Source: a virus
IMG/VR virus record: IMGVR_UViG_3300029880_000015
Strand: one strand, 5' to 3'
DNA: 46,255 nucleotides
In this document: positions 30,962 through 40,910 of the stretch, one piece after another
Layout of the letters: every line of letters starts with the position of its first letter
Numbering within the stretch: position 1 is the stretch's first letter
Program-made: the position numbers and the translations under genes
Notes under the pieces: generated by a model
The model's input: the letters and a program-made list of their open reading frames with translations, nothing else
Databases searched by the model: none
Told to the model about the DNA's origin: nothing

Positions 30962-31024
30962 TGATATCTTCTATGCGCTGACGAACTGGCGCATTGATGT
31001 TATCAGCAATTAAATAAAAGAAAT

Positions 31025-31046
31025 TCCCGGGGCTAATTCCCCGGGA
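31025..31046. terminator. Bidirectional terminator between int and the endolysin gene
   Basis: TCCCGGGG-ctaatt-CCCCGGGA with T-rich runs on both sides. Confidence 0.65.
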
Positions 31047-31051
31047 TATTT

Positions 31052-32056
31052 TTACTGTTTCTTAATATATTTTGCAGATACAAATCCATAATATTTTCCA
31101 GCAATGCGAATGTAATACCACTTACTACCGTTTTTATCTTTCTGGGTAAAATTCATTACCTCTACTTCATTTCCCTGGTTGAGCTTTGGGTATTTTTTGA
31201 TGTTCGGGTACTCAGTTCCAGCCCAGGTACGCACATTAAGCACAGTGGCGGTTACATTCCCCTTGAAAAGCACCTGTGTCTTGTCCTGTTTTCCTGTAAT
31301 GGTAGCGGATGCGGGGCCACCCTCCTTTGCTAGATATCCAGTCCAGATCCAGCCAATACCGATACCGGAAACTTTTACATGCGTCCACTTTTCGCTTGTC
31401 TTTCCGTCAATTTCAACAACGGTTCCTTTATTGATTGAACCCATAATGTAGCCATTCGGTGTCTCGCGGACATACAAGTCATTCACGGTTGCAGTTCTGA
31501 TTCCAGTCTTTTTCCATGTGGCTGTATCTTCGTAGGATTCCCAATCAATCCAAACATATCCATCAATGGAAGAATCATCAATAGCGTAGGATTTATTTCG
31601 TACCGCTCCGCCATTTGCTACTACTCCAGCTGCACTAGAAGTATTTCCTTCATTTGTATAGATTCTCGAGCTATCAAAACTCTGCACACTTCCAACATGG
31701 GAGCCATTGCGGAAGATTACAAGCGCACCTACCTTTTGAGTGTTGCGCCAAGTACCTTTTTTCTTAGCCCAATTAGTGATTGATACACAATTGTAAAAAC
31801 CACCACCCATGATTTTGAGGGCATTTGTGATTCCAATTACTTTCACCAGCTTCCAGAACTGATACTCTGCACACCATGGCTGTCCCTGGCATCCTGGCTG
31901 TCCCCAACTATTTACATCTCTTGCAAATTTTGTGTAATTGTTGTATCCTGCATTCTTTTTAAAATCATCCAGATAGGAGTTGCTTTTCTTTTCAAGGTAC
32001 CCGCCGTTGGATGCGTAATAATCACCAAGGTTTAAAAATTCTTGTAATTTGCTCAT
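31052..32056 (-). CDS. Endolysin: N-terminal CHAP-type amidase/peptidase plus two SH3b-like wall-binding repeats
   Basis: 334 aa. GQPWCAEYQFW (Cys), GSHVGSV (His) and NEGNTS. The C-terminus has two repeats of the type ATVNDLYVRETPNG...GWIWTGYL. Confidence 0.8.
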   Translation of the reverse strand: MSKLQEFLNLGDYYASNGGYLEKKSNSYLDDFKKNAGYNNYTKFARDVNSWGQPGCQGQPWCAEYQFWKLVKVIGITNALKIMGGGFYNCVSITNWAKKKGTWRNTQKVGALVIFRNGSHVGSVQSFDSSRIYTNEGNTSSAAGVVANGGAVRNKSYAIDDSSIDGYVWIDWESYEDTATWKKTGIRTATVNDLYVRETPNGYIMGSINKGTVVEIDGKTSEKWTHVKVSGIGIGWIWTGYLAKEGGPASATITGKQDKTQVLFKGNVTATVLNVRTWAGTEYPNIKKYPKLNQGNEVEVMNFTQKDKNGSKWYYIRIAGKYYGFVSAKYIKKQ

Positions 32057-32177
32057 TATATAATTCCTTTCATATTTGGTTCGCCCCTCAAAATTAAGGA
32101 GCGCAATGCTTCACTAAAAGTCGTGGTACATGTTTTAAAAATATGCTATAATCAACCTATTAAGGAGGTGTCGCAAA

Positions 32178-32405
32178 ATGTTTTTAAAATTGAAAATTTT
32201 CTGTACTTGTAATTGCAACTATTACGTAAATGAACAAATTAACACGGAAAAGGTAATTTGTCCAAATTGCGGCAAGGAGCATCCGTCTTCATCACAAATC
32301 ATATCTATGCTTCGCATGGCTAAGTGTATTAATGATGGCAATGTTCCTGGTGCAAATATAGTGAGGACATTTGCTGTATCTAAGCAAGAAGATTCTGGCT
32401 GTTAA
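32178..32405 (+). CDS. Small zinc-ribbon protein (plus-strand moron between tail fibre and lysin)
   Basis: 75 aa. TAAGGAGGTG SD, TGCTATAAT extended -10 upstream and its own terminator. CTCNC...CPNCG motif. Confidence 0.6.
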   Translation: MFLKLKIFCTCNCNYYVNEQINTEKVICPNCGKEHPSSSQIISMLRMAKCINDGNVPGANIVRTFAVSKQEDSGC

Positions 32406-32420
32406 TAATGTCGCTGCAAA

Positions 32421-32456
32421 GTGGAGAGGGGTTTTAATCCTCCCCACTTTTTTTTA
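32421..32456 (+). terminator. Rho-independent terminator
   Basis: GTGGAGAGG-ggttttaat-CCTCCCCAC (one mismatch) followed by T9. Confidence 0.6.
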
Positions 32457-32485
32457 CTTAATTCACTAAAGCCCTCTTTAGTTAA

Positions 32486-33970
32486 TTACCAGTAACCAAG
32501 TTCTTTTCCACGTTCAGAAGCAAGAGTAGCAATTATATTGTAGCCTTTATCATTATAATGCACATCGTCGTATAGTAAAGATGGTGGTATTTTACCCTGC
32601 GAAATGGCTGTTGTATCTTCAACCGTTGGTGTAATTCCCGCATCAGATAAACCATATTCAATCATATATTTTCTTTGATTTATATAACGCCTACCAAAAT
32701 GCATTGCCATATTTTTTTCTATCGTTTCAAACGTTTCGGTAACTGTACTAACTAAGTGATGGATTCCAATCACAATATATTTTTTGTTGATAGGACTCAT
32801 ATAGTCAATCATTGCTTCTATACATTCAATCAGTTCGGCTAAGGTAGTAAACCCACCATTAGTTCCAATCCATATAATGTTAATATTATCACGCATTGAT
32901 TTCATTGCATAAGTAATTAAGGGAGTTGGGCGAGAAACAATTACGGACTCTCCATTTTCGGAACGAGAAAAATAATATTTTCCATTTTCATAGGTAAGTG
33001 TACCCTCTACTCCATTGATAGAACAGGGATTTATTTGTGCGGTCATAACATATTTACCTGTCGTTGGGTCTAATGCCGAACCACCTTGCAACAATATGCC
33101 AGTACTGCCACCATATATGTTAGTTAATTTAACTTCTACTTTACTTGCATTTGCAGGTATGGTAAATGGCTTTACAATATTTGGTAAACCACCTTGTCTT
33201 GAAGCTATGTTAATCGTATTTTCTCCGCCTACACCACAATTAATCACTTCTCTACCATCAAGTAAGCCATATAAAACATATGGGAATGCTTTAGAATATG
33301 AATCACCAACACCCACTCCACGAGTGAGTGAATCACCCCAACAATTTACAGTTTCTTTTCCATTTATTTTAGAAATATTTATAGTTTCTATTTTATTAAC
33401 CACTAAGGGATATGTCTGTGTTGGAAATTCATTCAAATATAATTCAACACCATTCGATGGTATTGATATTTCAGTTGTGATATAAGTATTTGGCGATACA
33501 CCCATTTTTGCTGAATTTATCACTTTACCGTTCGAATCACATATAGCATATAACAATGTGTTTACACTACCATGTGTTTGTGACAGTATTCTATATTTTT
33601 CTCCACTAATAACGATTTTGTGCATCACATAAGCGTTTGCGTTTTCATATGTCATAATTTCATTATTAGTATCAATATACGCAACTTTATTTTCTAATAA
33701 GTTGTAATCAGACGGCTCGACAGCAATTTCTTCCTTTTCTTTATTATACAATTCATTTGAAGTGTCAGTTATAGCTTTATCTAAATCTTCCTTTAGCGAA
33801 GCAGTCTCACTGTCTACTTTCGCGAATTTATCCCCTACCGCTTTAGAATCCGCAAACCCGCCCTCTTTAGACAACGTTGCGTCAGAAACTGGCCCGTCCA
33901 ACACCGCACCGTAAGGCAGCTGCCGTTTCTTTCCATCCGCTGTGATTATCCCTTTAAATGTATCAGCCAT
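32486..33970 (-). CDS. Tail fibre / receptor-binding protein with a C-terminal SGNH (GDSL) hydrolase domain
   Basis: 494 aa. The N-terminus MADTFKGIITADGKKRQLPYGAV is typical of fibre anchors. CWGDSLTRG (block I) and DDVHYNDKGY (block V, DxxH). Confidence 0.75.
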   Translation of the reverse strand: MADTFKGIITADGKKRQLPYGAVLDGPVSDATLSKEGGFADSKAVGDKFAKVDSETASLKEDLDKAITDTSNELYNKEKEEIAVEPSDYNLLENKVAYIDTNNEIMTYENANAYVMHKIVISGEKYRILSQTHGSVNTLLYAICDSNGKVINSAKMGVSPNTYITTEISIPSNGVELYLNEFPTQTYPLVVNKIETINISKINGKETVNCWGDSLTRGVGVGDSYSKAFPYVLYGLLDGREVINCGVGGENTINIASRQGGLPNIVKPFTIPANASKVEVKLTNIYGGSTGILLQGGSALDPTTGKYVMTAQINPCSINGVEGTLTYENGKYYFSRSENGESVIVSRPTPLITYAMKSMRDNINIIWIGTNGGFTTLAELIECIEAMIDYMSPINKKYIVIGIHHLVSTVTETFETIEKNMAMHFGRRYINQRKYMIEYGLSDAGITPTVEDTTAISQGKIPPSLLYDDVHYNDKGYNIIATLASERGKELGYW

Positions 33971-34220
33971 TATTGTTTACCTCCGTCGTTTTCAAACTCA
34001 CATAACCATCTGCATCCATGTTAAGTCCAACGCCCTTACCAGTCAGATACGTCTGGACTGCTTCTGCGATACTTTCCTTACTAGCTCCAATCCCATCAGT
34101 ACACAGTTTATACAGGTATCTTTCTTTTCTGGTTATTGGCTCTGGTACCTTCCCTGTATAATCTCCAGTTAGCTTTGCGAGATACATTTCTTCTCGCGTG
34201 ATAGGTTTGTTGTCAAGCAT
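33963..34220 (-). CDS. Small tail-associated hypothetical protein
   Basis: 85 aa between Tal and the fibre gene. Repeated (T)REEMYLAKL / RKERYLYKL motif. Confidence 0.5.
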   Translation of the reverse strand: MLDNKPITREEMYLAKLTGDYTGKVPEPITRKERYLYKLCTDGIGASKESIAEAVQTYLTGKGVGLNMDADGYVSLKTTEVNNNG

Positions 34221-34223
34221 TTT

Positions 34224-37200
34224 TTATACCTTCTTTTTTACTATGTATTGATTAATAACCTCTTTTAATTCCGTCAGTTCTGTTTTGATTGATTCTAACT
34301 CGGATTGTAGATTTTTAACTTTCTCATGCTCATTTTTTAGCATTGCGAACATGCATGGAATCATAATACGATAGTTCCAGTTTTCAGCACGTCCCTTTTT
34401 ATCATGGTCAACAGCGATTGGAAATCTGCGGTCAATATCCTCTGCAATAAACATTGGCATTTCTTTGCCACACCGTTCGTCTTGCTCCATAAGATATCCG
34501 TCTTTGTACTTCGCCCAGATTACTTTGATTCTGTAGAGGTCTTCCAATTCGTCTTCTCTTACAGTTTTGCCAAGCACTTTGTAACGTTTAGAGGAAGCGG
34601 AGGAATATCCTGCATAATAACTTGAAGAATTATACAGCATTGAACTTCCACTTGTGACTGCTTTTAACCCCTCTATTCTAAAATATCGACTTATTTTAAA
34701 GATCAAATCTCCTGATATAGCAGATAATACCACATGTCTGCCATCATCATATTGAGCTGATAAATCGAGTACTCCGTCTGTAAGACTTCCATATCCTGCG
34801 CTGAATATAGATTCCTTTATTTGCGCCCATTCGCTTCCTTTTATATTTTTAAAACCATCTGTGTTATTTATTTTACAAATAACATTTCCGTCCGCATCAT
34901 ATACTTCAAATGTTCCATATCCATTGTTCGGACCGCCAAGCTTCAACGTTCCGCCTTTTGCATAAGTAAAGGATATGTATAATTGATTTCCCTCTTTATA
35001 AATTCCTTTAATCGCACCATCATTTGTTAAAAGATTTAAAATTTCCTCATGTGTAAGCGCATCAACATCAATCAATATTGGAATAGTTTGTATATCGAGC
35101 TGATTGCTGTTTCCTCCAGCTTCATACAACATAAATCTTATATATATAACACTTCTGTCCAATGATCCAACTGTATAAGATTTTGCTGATTCATCCACAA
35201 TACTTGCTAAAACATTGCTATAAGTAGATCCATCAGTTGATGTTTGAACTTTCCATCTGCCTTTATATTCTTTTCTTTCTGCCTTATCCCCATCTCTGTA
35301 ATATGCTTTTGCAGTTATACTGTTTGGTGATACTTTATTATCCTGTCCACGTTTTAAAATACCCGATGACATTTCAATAAAATACGTTCTGCCAGGTACG
35401 CCTTGTTCTCCTTTTTCCCCGGCGTATTGCTTTGAAACAGAGAATCTTTTGCTAACGGATAATGTTTCCAGATAAGTAGCTTTTATATCTATCCATCCAT
35501 TATCTGTATTTAATCCAGTTACAGTATATGTTTTTGTTGAGATATTCCATGTTCCATCCACTCCATCAGATTTTGATATCGTATAACTACAATCAGCCGT
35601 AATATCCTGTGTTCCGTACATCACGACTGCCTGTGTAGTCACACCACTTGGAAATGTCCCGTAATTCCCGTTAGAGTCAACAGATATTCCCTGATATTCG
35701 TTGCTTAATTGCAATGTCATATTTTTAGCAAGCGCAGCTGCTTTCATTGCATTTTCAGCTGTTTGCTTGATATCATTGATAGATTTTCCCCCGCCTATCT
35801 GCACGGATCCATCGAGATATACTTTTTTTGTATTCATATCTGCCTGGAATATTATATTTCCATCAGAATCCCTAACAGTTAAAGCACCGGAATCTATATA
35901 ATTCGCATTTATCCCTTCTGCGTATAAAAGCCTTGTTATCAATGTTCCGTCAACAACAAATCCGTATGGATAAGTTTCACCGCCATCATTGGAAACCCCT
36001 ATAGCATTACTGGTTAGCTTTATCACAACTTTTGATTCTTCTAGTAATGGTTTATCGTGCAAATAAGTAATAACGCTTTTATCTTCAAGCACCTCAAGAG
36101 TTTCAAAAAGTCCCTCTGAATTAGCCAGCGCATTTTCAAGTTTTTTAACAGCTTGTTCTCTGGCTGTTTTTTCGTTTTCAATGATTTTTTTAGCAGCTAT
36201 TAATGTTTTATCAGCAGATGATAAAAACTTACTGCTCCCTCTTATTGGATTTTCGGCTTTTGTTTTTACATCTGTTGTTCCGTTCAGCCTGCTTGATACA
36301 TCGGTAATTGGCGTTATATACTTATTTTCTTTTCTGTCGTAAGTAAAAGCCATATCTCCAAATTCTGTTAATGGGTTGTAAATCAGACTTCCCTCCATGC
36401 TCCGGAATGATTTCCCGATTAGATTACCTCCGATCCAACCAGCTACAGTTTCAAGATCGGCATCACTAAGCAAATCATTCTCCAATTCCAGGACGTACCC
36501 ATCTTTTCCGTACATGGCATTTGATTCCGTATTTTTTATCTTGATTCCAGTTATTACGATATCATCACTTGAGAGAGTCGGCGAAGAAAAATAATCTCTC
36601 AATCTGATAGGATTTCCAACTCCTTCTTTTAATGTGAGATATCCATCACTATCTAAGTACCAGTTTCCGGCGCTTGGAGAAATGAATCCGTTGGAATCTA
36701 CGCTTGATCCTCCTCCAAACACAAGATATCCATCAGCCCCAACTGTCGCTCCGTAGTCTACTGATACAGAATCGAAATTCCATTTGATTAACTGTAAATT
36801 ACCATTTACGTCCACCCTTGCATTAGCCGAATCTAACATAGCTACCCAGCCAATCAGCTGCCGGAAAGTGATCCCATCTGGAATACTGTTAATCACCACG
36901 TCCCCGTGTTCCATGGAGGAAAATCCCATAGAGATTCCAATAGTTTCGCAGGCATCCCGGAGCAATGTAAAAGCTGACTGTGGAAGCACAAGGTTGCTTG
37001 TGTAAGGCGCATTAGCTTTATACATATCATCTAGTGCTGTGAATTCAAGGACTTCACCGTACTGCTCAGGAGCTGTAATGGTGTAGGTTCCTTTTTTTAT
37101 GGTTTCCACAACGCTATCAGTTACTTGCATTTTGAGGTAGGCGGTTAATTTTGCTTTGTAAAAGTAGTAATCCTTCCACTGGTCCTCTGTGTTATCCAGG

Positions 37201-37400
37201 CTCAGTGTCATGGACTTGCATATTGTGGTTCCAATCGGGAAACTGCTGCTTTCAGCGCAATCCGTAAAGCCTCCTCCGCCTACCAGAATTTCGCTGTCCA
37301 AGGTCTTTTTTCTTCCATCGGCAAAAGTGATATCCACTATTTCACATAGTATTTTACCTTCTGCAAGTGCGTTTTTAAATTCTTTAGACGCATTAATCAA
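34224..37400 (-). CDS. Tail-associated protein (Tal-like) with a C-terminal S74 intramolecular-chaperone domain
   Basis: 1058 aa. TTG start 6 nt after GGGGGTGA. The N-terminus has the prophage-tail/minor-structural-protein pattern. The C-terminus SSKRYKVLGKTV...MFIAEDIDRRFPIAV...NWNYRIMIPCMFAMLKNEHEKVKNLQSEL matches endosialidase-chaperone autoprocessing domains. Confidence 0.75.
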   Translation of the reverse strand: MINASKEFKNALAEGKILCEIVDITFADGRKKTLDSEILVGGGGFTDCAESSSFPIGTTICKSMTLSLDNTEDQWKDYYFYKAKLTAYLKMQVTDSVVETIKKGTYTITAPEQYGEVLEFTALDDMYKANAPYTSNLVLPQSAFTLLRDACETIGISMGFSSMEHGDVVINSIPDGITFRQLIGWVAMLDSANARVDVNGNLQLIKWNFDSVSVDYGATVGADGYLVFGGGSSVDSNGFISPSAGNWYLDSDGYLTLKEGVGNPIRLRDYFSSPTLSSDDIVITGIKIKNTESNAMYGKDGYVLELENDLLSDADLETVAGWIGGNLIGKSFRSMEGSLIYNPLTEFGDMAFTYDRKENKYITPITDVSSRLNGTTDVKTKAENPIRGSSKFLSSADKTLIAAKKIIENEKTAREQAVKKLENALANSEGLFETLEVLEDKSVITYLHDKPLLEESKVVIKLTSNAIGVSNDGGETYPYGFVVDGTLITRLLYAEGINANYIDSGALTVRDSDGNIIFQADMNTKKVYLDGSVQIGGGKSINDIKQTAENAMKAAALAKNMTLQLSNEYQGISVDSNGNYGTFPSGVTTQAVVMYGTQDITADCSYTISKSDGVDGTWNISTKTYTVTGLNTDNGWIDIKATYLETLSVSKRFSVSKQYAGEKGEQGVPGRTYFIEMSSGILKRGQDNKVSPNSITAKAYYRDGDKAERKEYKGRWKVQTSTDGSTYSNVLASIVDESAKSYTVGSLDRSVIYIRFMLYEAGGNSNQLDIQTIPILIDVDALTHEEILNLLTNDGAIKGIYKEGNQLYISFTYAKGGTLKLGGPNNGYGTFEVYDADGNVICKINNTDGFKNIKGSEWAQIKESIFSAGYGSLTDGVLDLSAQYDDGRHVVLSAISGDLIFKISRYFRIEGLKAVTSGSSMLYNSSSYYAGYSSASSKRYKVLGKTVREDELEDLYRIKVIWAKYKDGYLMEQDERCGKEMPMFIAEDIDRRFPIAVDHDKKGRAENWNYRIMIPCMFAMLKNEHEKVKNLQSELESIKTELTELKEVINQYIVKKKV

Positions 37401-37788
37401 GCGGATTCACCCCCTGCATATTGAATGATATTTCAGAATAATATTCTCCTACTTGAGCTATATTATATTGCATTTTTCCAACATAAAACTGTTCTGAACG
37501 CCATTCATTTTTGTGTGCTAACCAGTGATACAACATAAACGGCTCTCCTTTAATGATTGCATTTACGAGATTAGCTGATTTCTCATCAACGCGAACATTT
37601 GTGGCTTTATAGCTATATTGCATAACTGTATAAAGTGGTACTATTATTGCTCTTCCATACTGTGTGCGGTTGCTTCCTTCCGAATAGGTGGTTTCAAAAT
37701 TACACTGCATATCCTCATCTGGCTGAGGGATGAGAAGCCCATTTATCTTATATCTATCAGTTCTTGATTTACTTATCGAAAATGCCAC
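37393..37788 (-). CDS. Distal tail protein (Dit-like, short form)
   Basis: 131 aa immediately after the tape measure gene. GTG start 7 nt after GGGGG (GGGGGTGAGAAC-GTG). Confidence 0.55.
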   Translation of the reverse strand: MAFSISKSRTDRYKINGLLIPQPDEDMQCNFETTYSEGSNRTQYGRAIIVPLYTVMQYSYKATNVRVDEKSANLVNAIIKGEPFMLYHWLAHKNEWRSEQFYVGKMQYNIAQVGEYYSEISFNMQGVNPLD

Positions 37789-37799
37789 GTTCTCACCCC

Positions 37800-40700
37800 C
37801 TATGCCAGTTCAAACGGATTTGTACCGCTTGCATCACGTCTTAACTTTGCTTCGTCAATCATCTCATCAAATATCGTTCTGCGGTTCAACTGCGCTGTAA
37901 ATCTGTAATTTCCGCCACTGCCCTGATTTCCACCAGTTTCCTCTCTCACGATCTGTCTTAATAGGTCTTCTGGTGCTTCCAGGTTGCGACCATTCTTCTG
38001 ATCTCCAAGGACTGCCAGAAACTCTGATCGCGGCGGAATAACGGCACCTTTTGCAAGATATGGAATTGTAGGAACTCTTGGGAAATTAGCCGTAAATCCA
38101 ATTGTCCTTGAGCCAAACGGAGTTGGAACCTTCCACGGTCCAAATGTAAATGCTGATTCAATGCCACCGATTGCACTGTTTACAGTTCCGATAGCGCTGT
38201 TTGCAATTCCAATCACTTTGTTTAATATATCTTTGATAGTATCGCGTATACTTTCAAAAGCTCTTACAACTGTATCTCTGGCACTTGTAAATTTACCCAC
38301 GATTGCATCATGAATAGCGCTTACTTTTCCGTCAACAAATGTTTTTATTTTCCCCCATATAGATGACGTTTTTTCTGATACAGAATCCCAAATTCTTGTA
38401 ATTTTAGACTTTATTCCATCAAATATTGTCGAAACTGTAGTTTTTATTGCTTCCCATGTATTAGACAGCCATGTTTTTATAGCATTCCATACTGTAACAG
38501 TAACTGTTTTTATTGCATTCCAAGAAAGAGAAATGATACTTTTTATTATTGTTAATGCGGTTTTTACTATTCCATTAATAGCTTCCCAGGCTCCAGATAT
38601 AATATCTTTTATAAGGTTCCATGCACCTCTTGCAATTTCTTTTATTCCGTTCCATGCCAGTTCCCAATTGCCTGTAAAAACTCCTTTCAGAAAATCAATA
38701 ACTCCGCTCAGAACATCTAATACATCTCCAATAATTTTAATAACGGATTTTATTGCCTCTATAACAGTGTCGCCAATTACATTTGCAACGTCTGCTATTA
38801 CTGGAATTGCATTTGATACGATCCAGCTAATTATTGGAACTAAAATATTTTCCCAAAGCTCTTTTAAGATATCTATTAATTTGCCAAGAAAAGTTTGGAC
38901 TTTTACAAACATTTCTCCCAATTCCCCATCCATAAGCTCTTTTATCTTAGAAGCTAAACCTTGCAGAACTGGAAGAATATATGTGTTATATCCATCTATT
39001 AAAGTTCCAAAAATGGTTGAAAGTCCATTAGCTATTGAATCAAAAAAAGGTTTTAAATGCTCATCGTATAATGCGGTCACTAAATCGGAAAGATTTTGAA
39101 TAACTGTTGATAATCCATCAGTTATTGTTTCGATAACTCCAAGTGTTCCTTCAACTGCACTTTTTAATATATCCTTATTATCAATGAACGGCTGTGCAAT
39201 CATATTCAGCATATCTCTTCCAAGTCTTGCACATAATCCCATAGCAGTCATTGAGATATTTGAGAATATCCCTATGATATTGGCTGTTATCTGCTGCGCA
39301 ACTCCTCCACCAAATGCAGAAAATACCTCTGCTAGAGTGGATGAAAAATTCCCTTCAATTTGAGCGACCTCGGATCCGATATTAAACATATCAATTAAAT
39401 ATGTTTTTATTCTACTGGCGTTTTGCTTTAGAAATTTTTCTATTCCTCCAATAATATTTTGAGCAATTGTTATTCCGATTCTAGAAAAAGATCCTGCTGT
39501 TTTCCCGATGGAATAGGCAAATGTATCTAAAAAATCACCTGCCGCTCCAATTACTTCTGGATCAGTAAATATATTCTGCAAAGATTTCCCGATAGAGTTA
39601 ATATTTTTCTTAATATCATCAAAAATCGGTTCGTAATCGCCTAATCCATCCCAGAATCCTTTTGATAGCAGTTTGGCTAATTTTTTAAACTTCTTTATTA
39701 TGATATCAAGCGGCTTGGACATTTTATCAATAGCAGTTTCACCCTCTGCAAGCTTTCCGTAATCCACATTATTTACTGCGCCGGATAATCCTCCAGACGA
39801 TCCACTTCCATTTCCACCAGACGAAGATGGTGTAGAAGAACCGCTATCTGTAGAAGTAGCTTTGTGTATTTCGTCTAATGAAGAAAGATAATTTTTTGTT
39901 TCTTTATTTGCCTTTCTCGTAGCCTTAGCATTGTCATTCGTGGCATCTGCAAGCTGTTCTGCATTATCCGCTGCCTGTCCATACTGATCTGCTGTATCTG
40001 CGATCACGTCTGTTCCGGTCAGCCCTGCTCCACCTCCGCTTGTCTGACCGGAAGATTTCTTGCCAGTGATAAGCTCCGTGAATGACTTGAAGGCATTTGC
40101 CAGAGTTGCCAGTTTGCCTAGCAGAATATTAATAACTTTCAGAACAGGTGTGAAAATATTAATCAATCCCTGTCCGACTGTTGCCTTGAGAGACTTCAAC
40201 TGCAACTGCATCACTCGCACCTGGTTCGCCCAGCTGCCAGATGTTCTGATGAAGTCACCAGATGCGGCTGATAACTGTTTCTGTACAAAAGCCAGGCGGA
40301 GAGCAACTTTCTCCTGTTCTGTCATGGCGGATGTGGTTTTTCCGTATCCATTAGCCAATGCATACTGGTCAAGTGCTGACTGGGTCATGACCACACCTAA
40401 ATCTTTCAATGTCTCGGTTTCGCCCGTAAACACTGATTTCAGCTTGATGTAAGCCAAGTCCTGACTGATGTTATAGAATGATGCTACATCACCAGTTAGC
40501 TGTGTCAGAGCCGTTGACATGTCGTAAGCCTGTGATTCTGAAAATCCGAACGACTTAGACATTGCTCCAAACGTTCCAACATACCTTTTTGCCATGGTTT
40601 CTGACAATCCGGCAGAGGTCATGGCATTCTTTGCAAATTCATTGACCTTATCCGACATTGTGGTAAATGTAACATCGACCACATTCTGAACTTCCGCCAG

Positions 40701-40895
40701 GTCAGAGCCAAGTTCTACGCACTCTTTTCCGAACTGCACTAACTTGCCAACTGCAAAAGCCCCACCAATCAGCAAACCGATTTTTTTTACAGCACTTCCA
40801 AGGCCGTTAAATGACTGTTTTATAGCTGATACGCCATTTTGGACACCGGTTGTATCCATTCTGGTATCAATAATGACTGAGCCATCAGCAGCCAT
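37800..40895 (-). CDS. Tape measure protein
   Basis: 1031 aa, helical and repetitive, with a Gly/Ser-rich central patch. Positioned after the chaperones. Confidence 0.9.
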   Translation of the reverse strand: MAADGSVIIDTRMDTTGVQNGVSAIKQSFNGLGSAVKKIGLLIGGAFAVGKLVQFGKECVELGSDLAEVQNVVDVTFTTMSDKVNEFAKNAMTSAGLSETMAKRYVGTFGAMSKSFGFSESQAYDMSTALTQLTGDVASFYNISQDLAYIKLKSVFTGETETLKDLGVVMTQSALDQYALANGYGKTTSAMTEQEKVALRLAFVQKQLSAASGDFIRTSGSWANQVRVMQLQLKSLKATVGQGLINIFTPVLKVINILLGKLATLANAFKSFTELITGKKSSGQTSGGGAGLTGTDVIADTADQYGQAADNAEQLADATNDNAKATRKANKETKNYLSSLDEIHKATSTDSGSSTPSSSGGNGSGSSGGLSGAVNNVDYGKLAEGETAIDKMSKPLDIIIKKFKKLAKLLSKGFWDGLGDYEPIFDDIKKNINSIGKSLQNIFTDPEVIGAAGDFLDTFAYSIGKTAGSFSRIGITIAQNIIGGIEKFLKQNASRIKTYLIDMFNIGSEVAQIEGNFSSTLAEVFSAFGGGVAQQITANIIGIFSNISMTAMGLCARLGRDMLNMIAQPFIDNKDILKSAVEGTLGVIETITDGLSTVIQNLSDLVTALYDEHLKPFFDSIANGLSTIFGTLIDGYNTYILPVLQGLASKIKELMDGELGEMFVKVQTFLGKLIDILKELWENILVPIISWIVSNAIPVIADVANVIGDTVIEAIKSVIKIIGDVLDVLSGVIDFLKGVFTGNWELAWNGIKEIARGAWNLIKDIISGAWEAINGIVKTALTIIKSIISLSWNAIKTVTVTVWNAIKTWLSNTWEAIKTTVSTIFDGIKSKITRIWDSVSEKTSSIWGKIKTFVDGKVSAIHDAIVGKFTSARDTVVRAFESIRDTIKDILNKVIGIANSAIGTVNSAIGGIESAFTFGPWKVPTPFGSRTIGFTANFPRVPTIPYLAKGAVIPPRSEFLAVLGDQKNGRNLEAPEDLLRQIVREETGGNQGSGGNYRFTAQLNRRTIFDEMIDEAKLRRDASGTNPFELA

Positions 40896-40910
40896 GTGTC
40901 CACCTCCTAA

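Noticed and set aside
38533-39099. Long plus-strand ORFs antisense to the tape measure gene and other large structural genes (for example 38533..39099, 40060..40452, 33015..33485).
   Set aside because: They are shadow ORFs typical of long biased-composition genes. They have no SD sequences, and the minus-strand genes are contiguous and translationally coupled.
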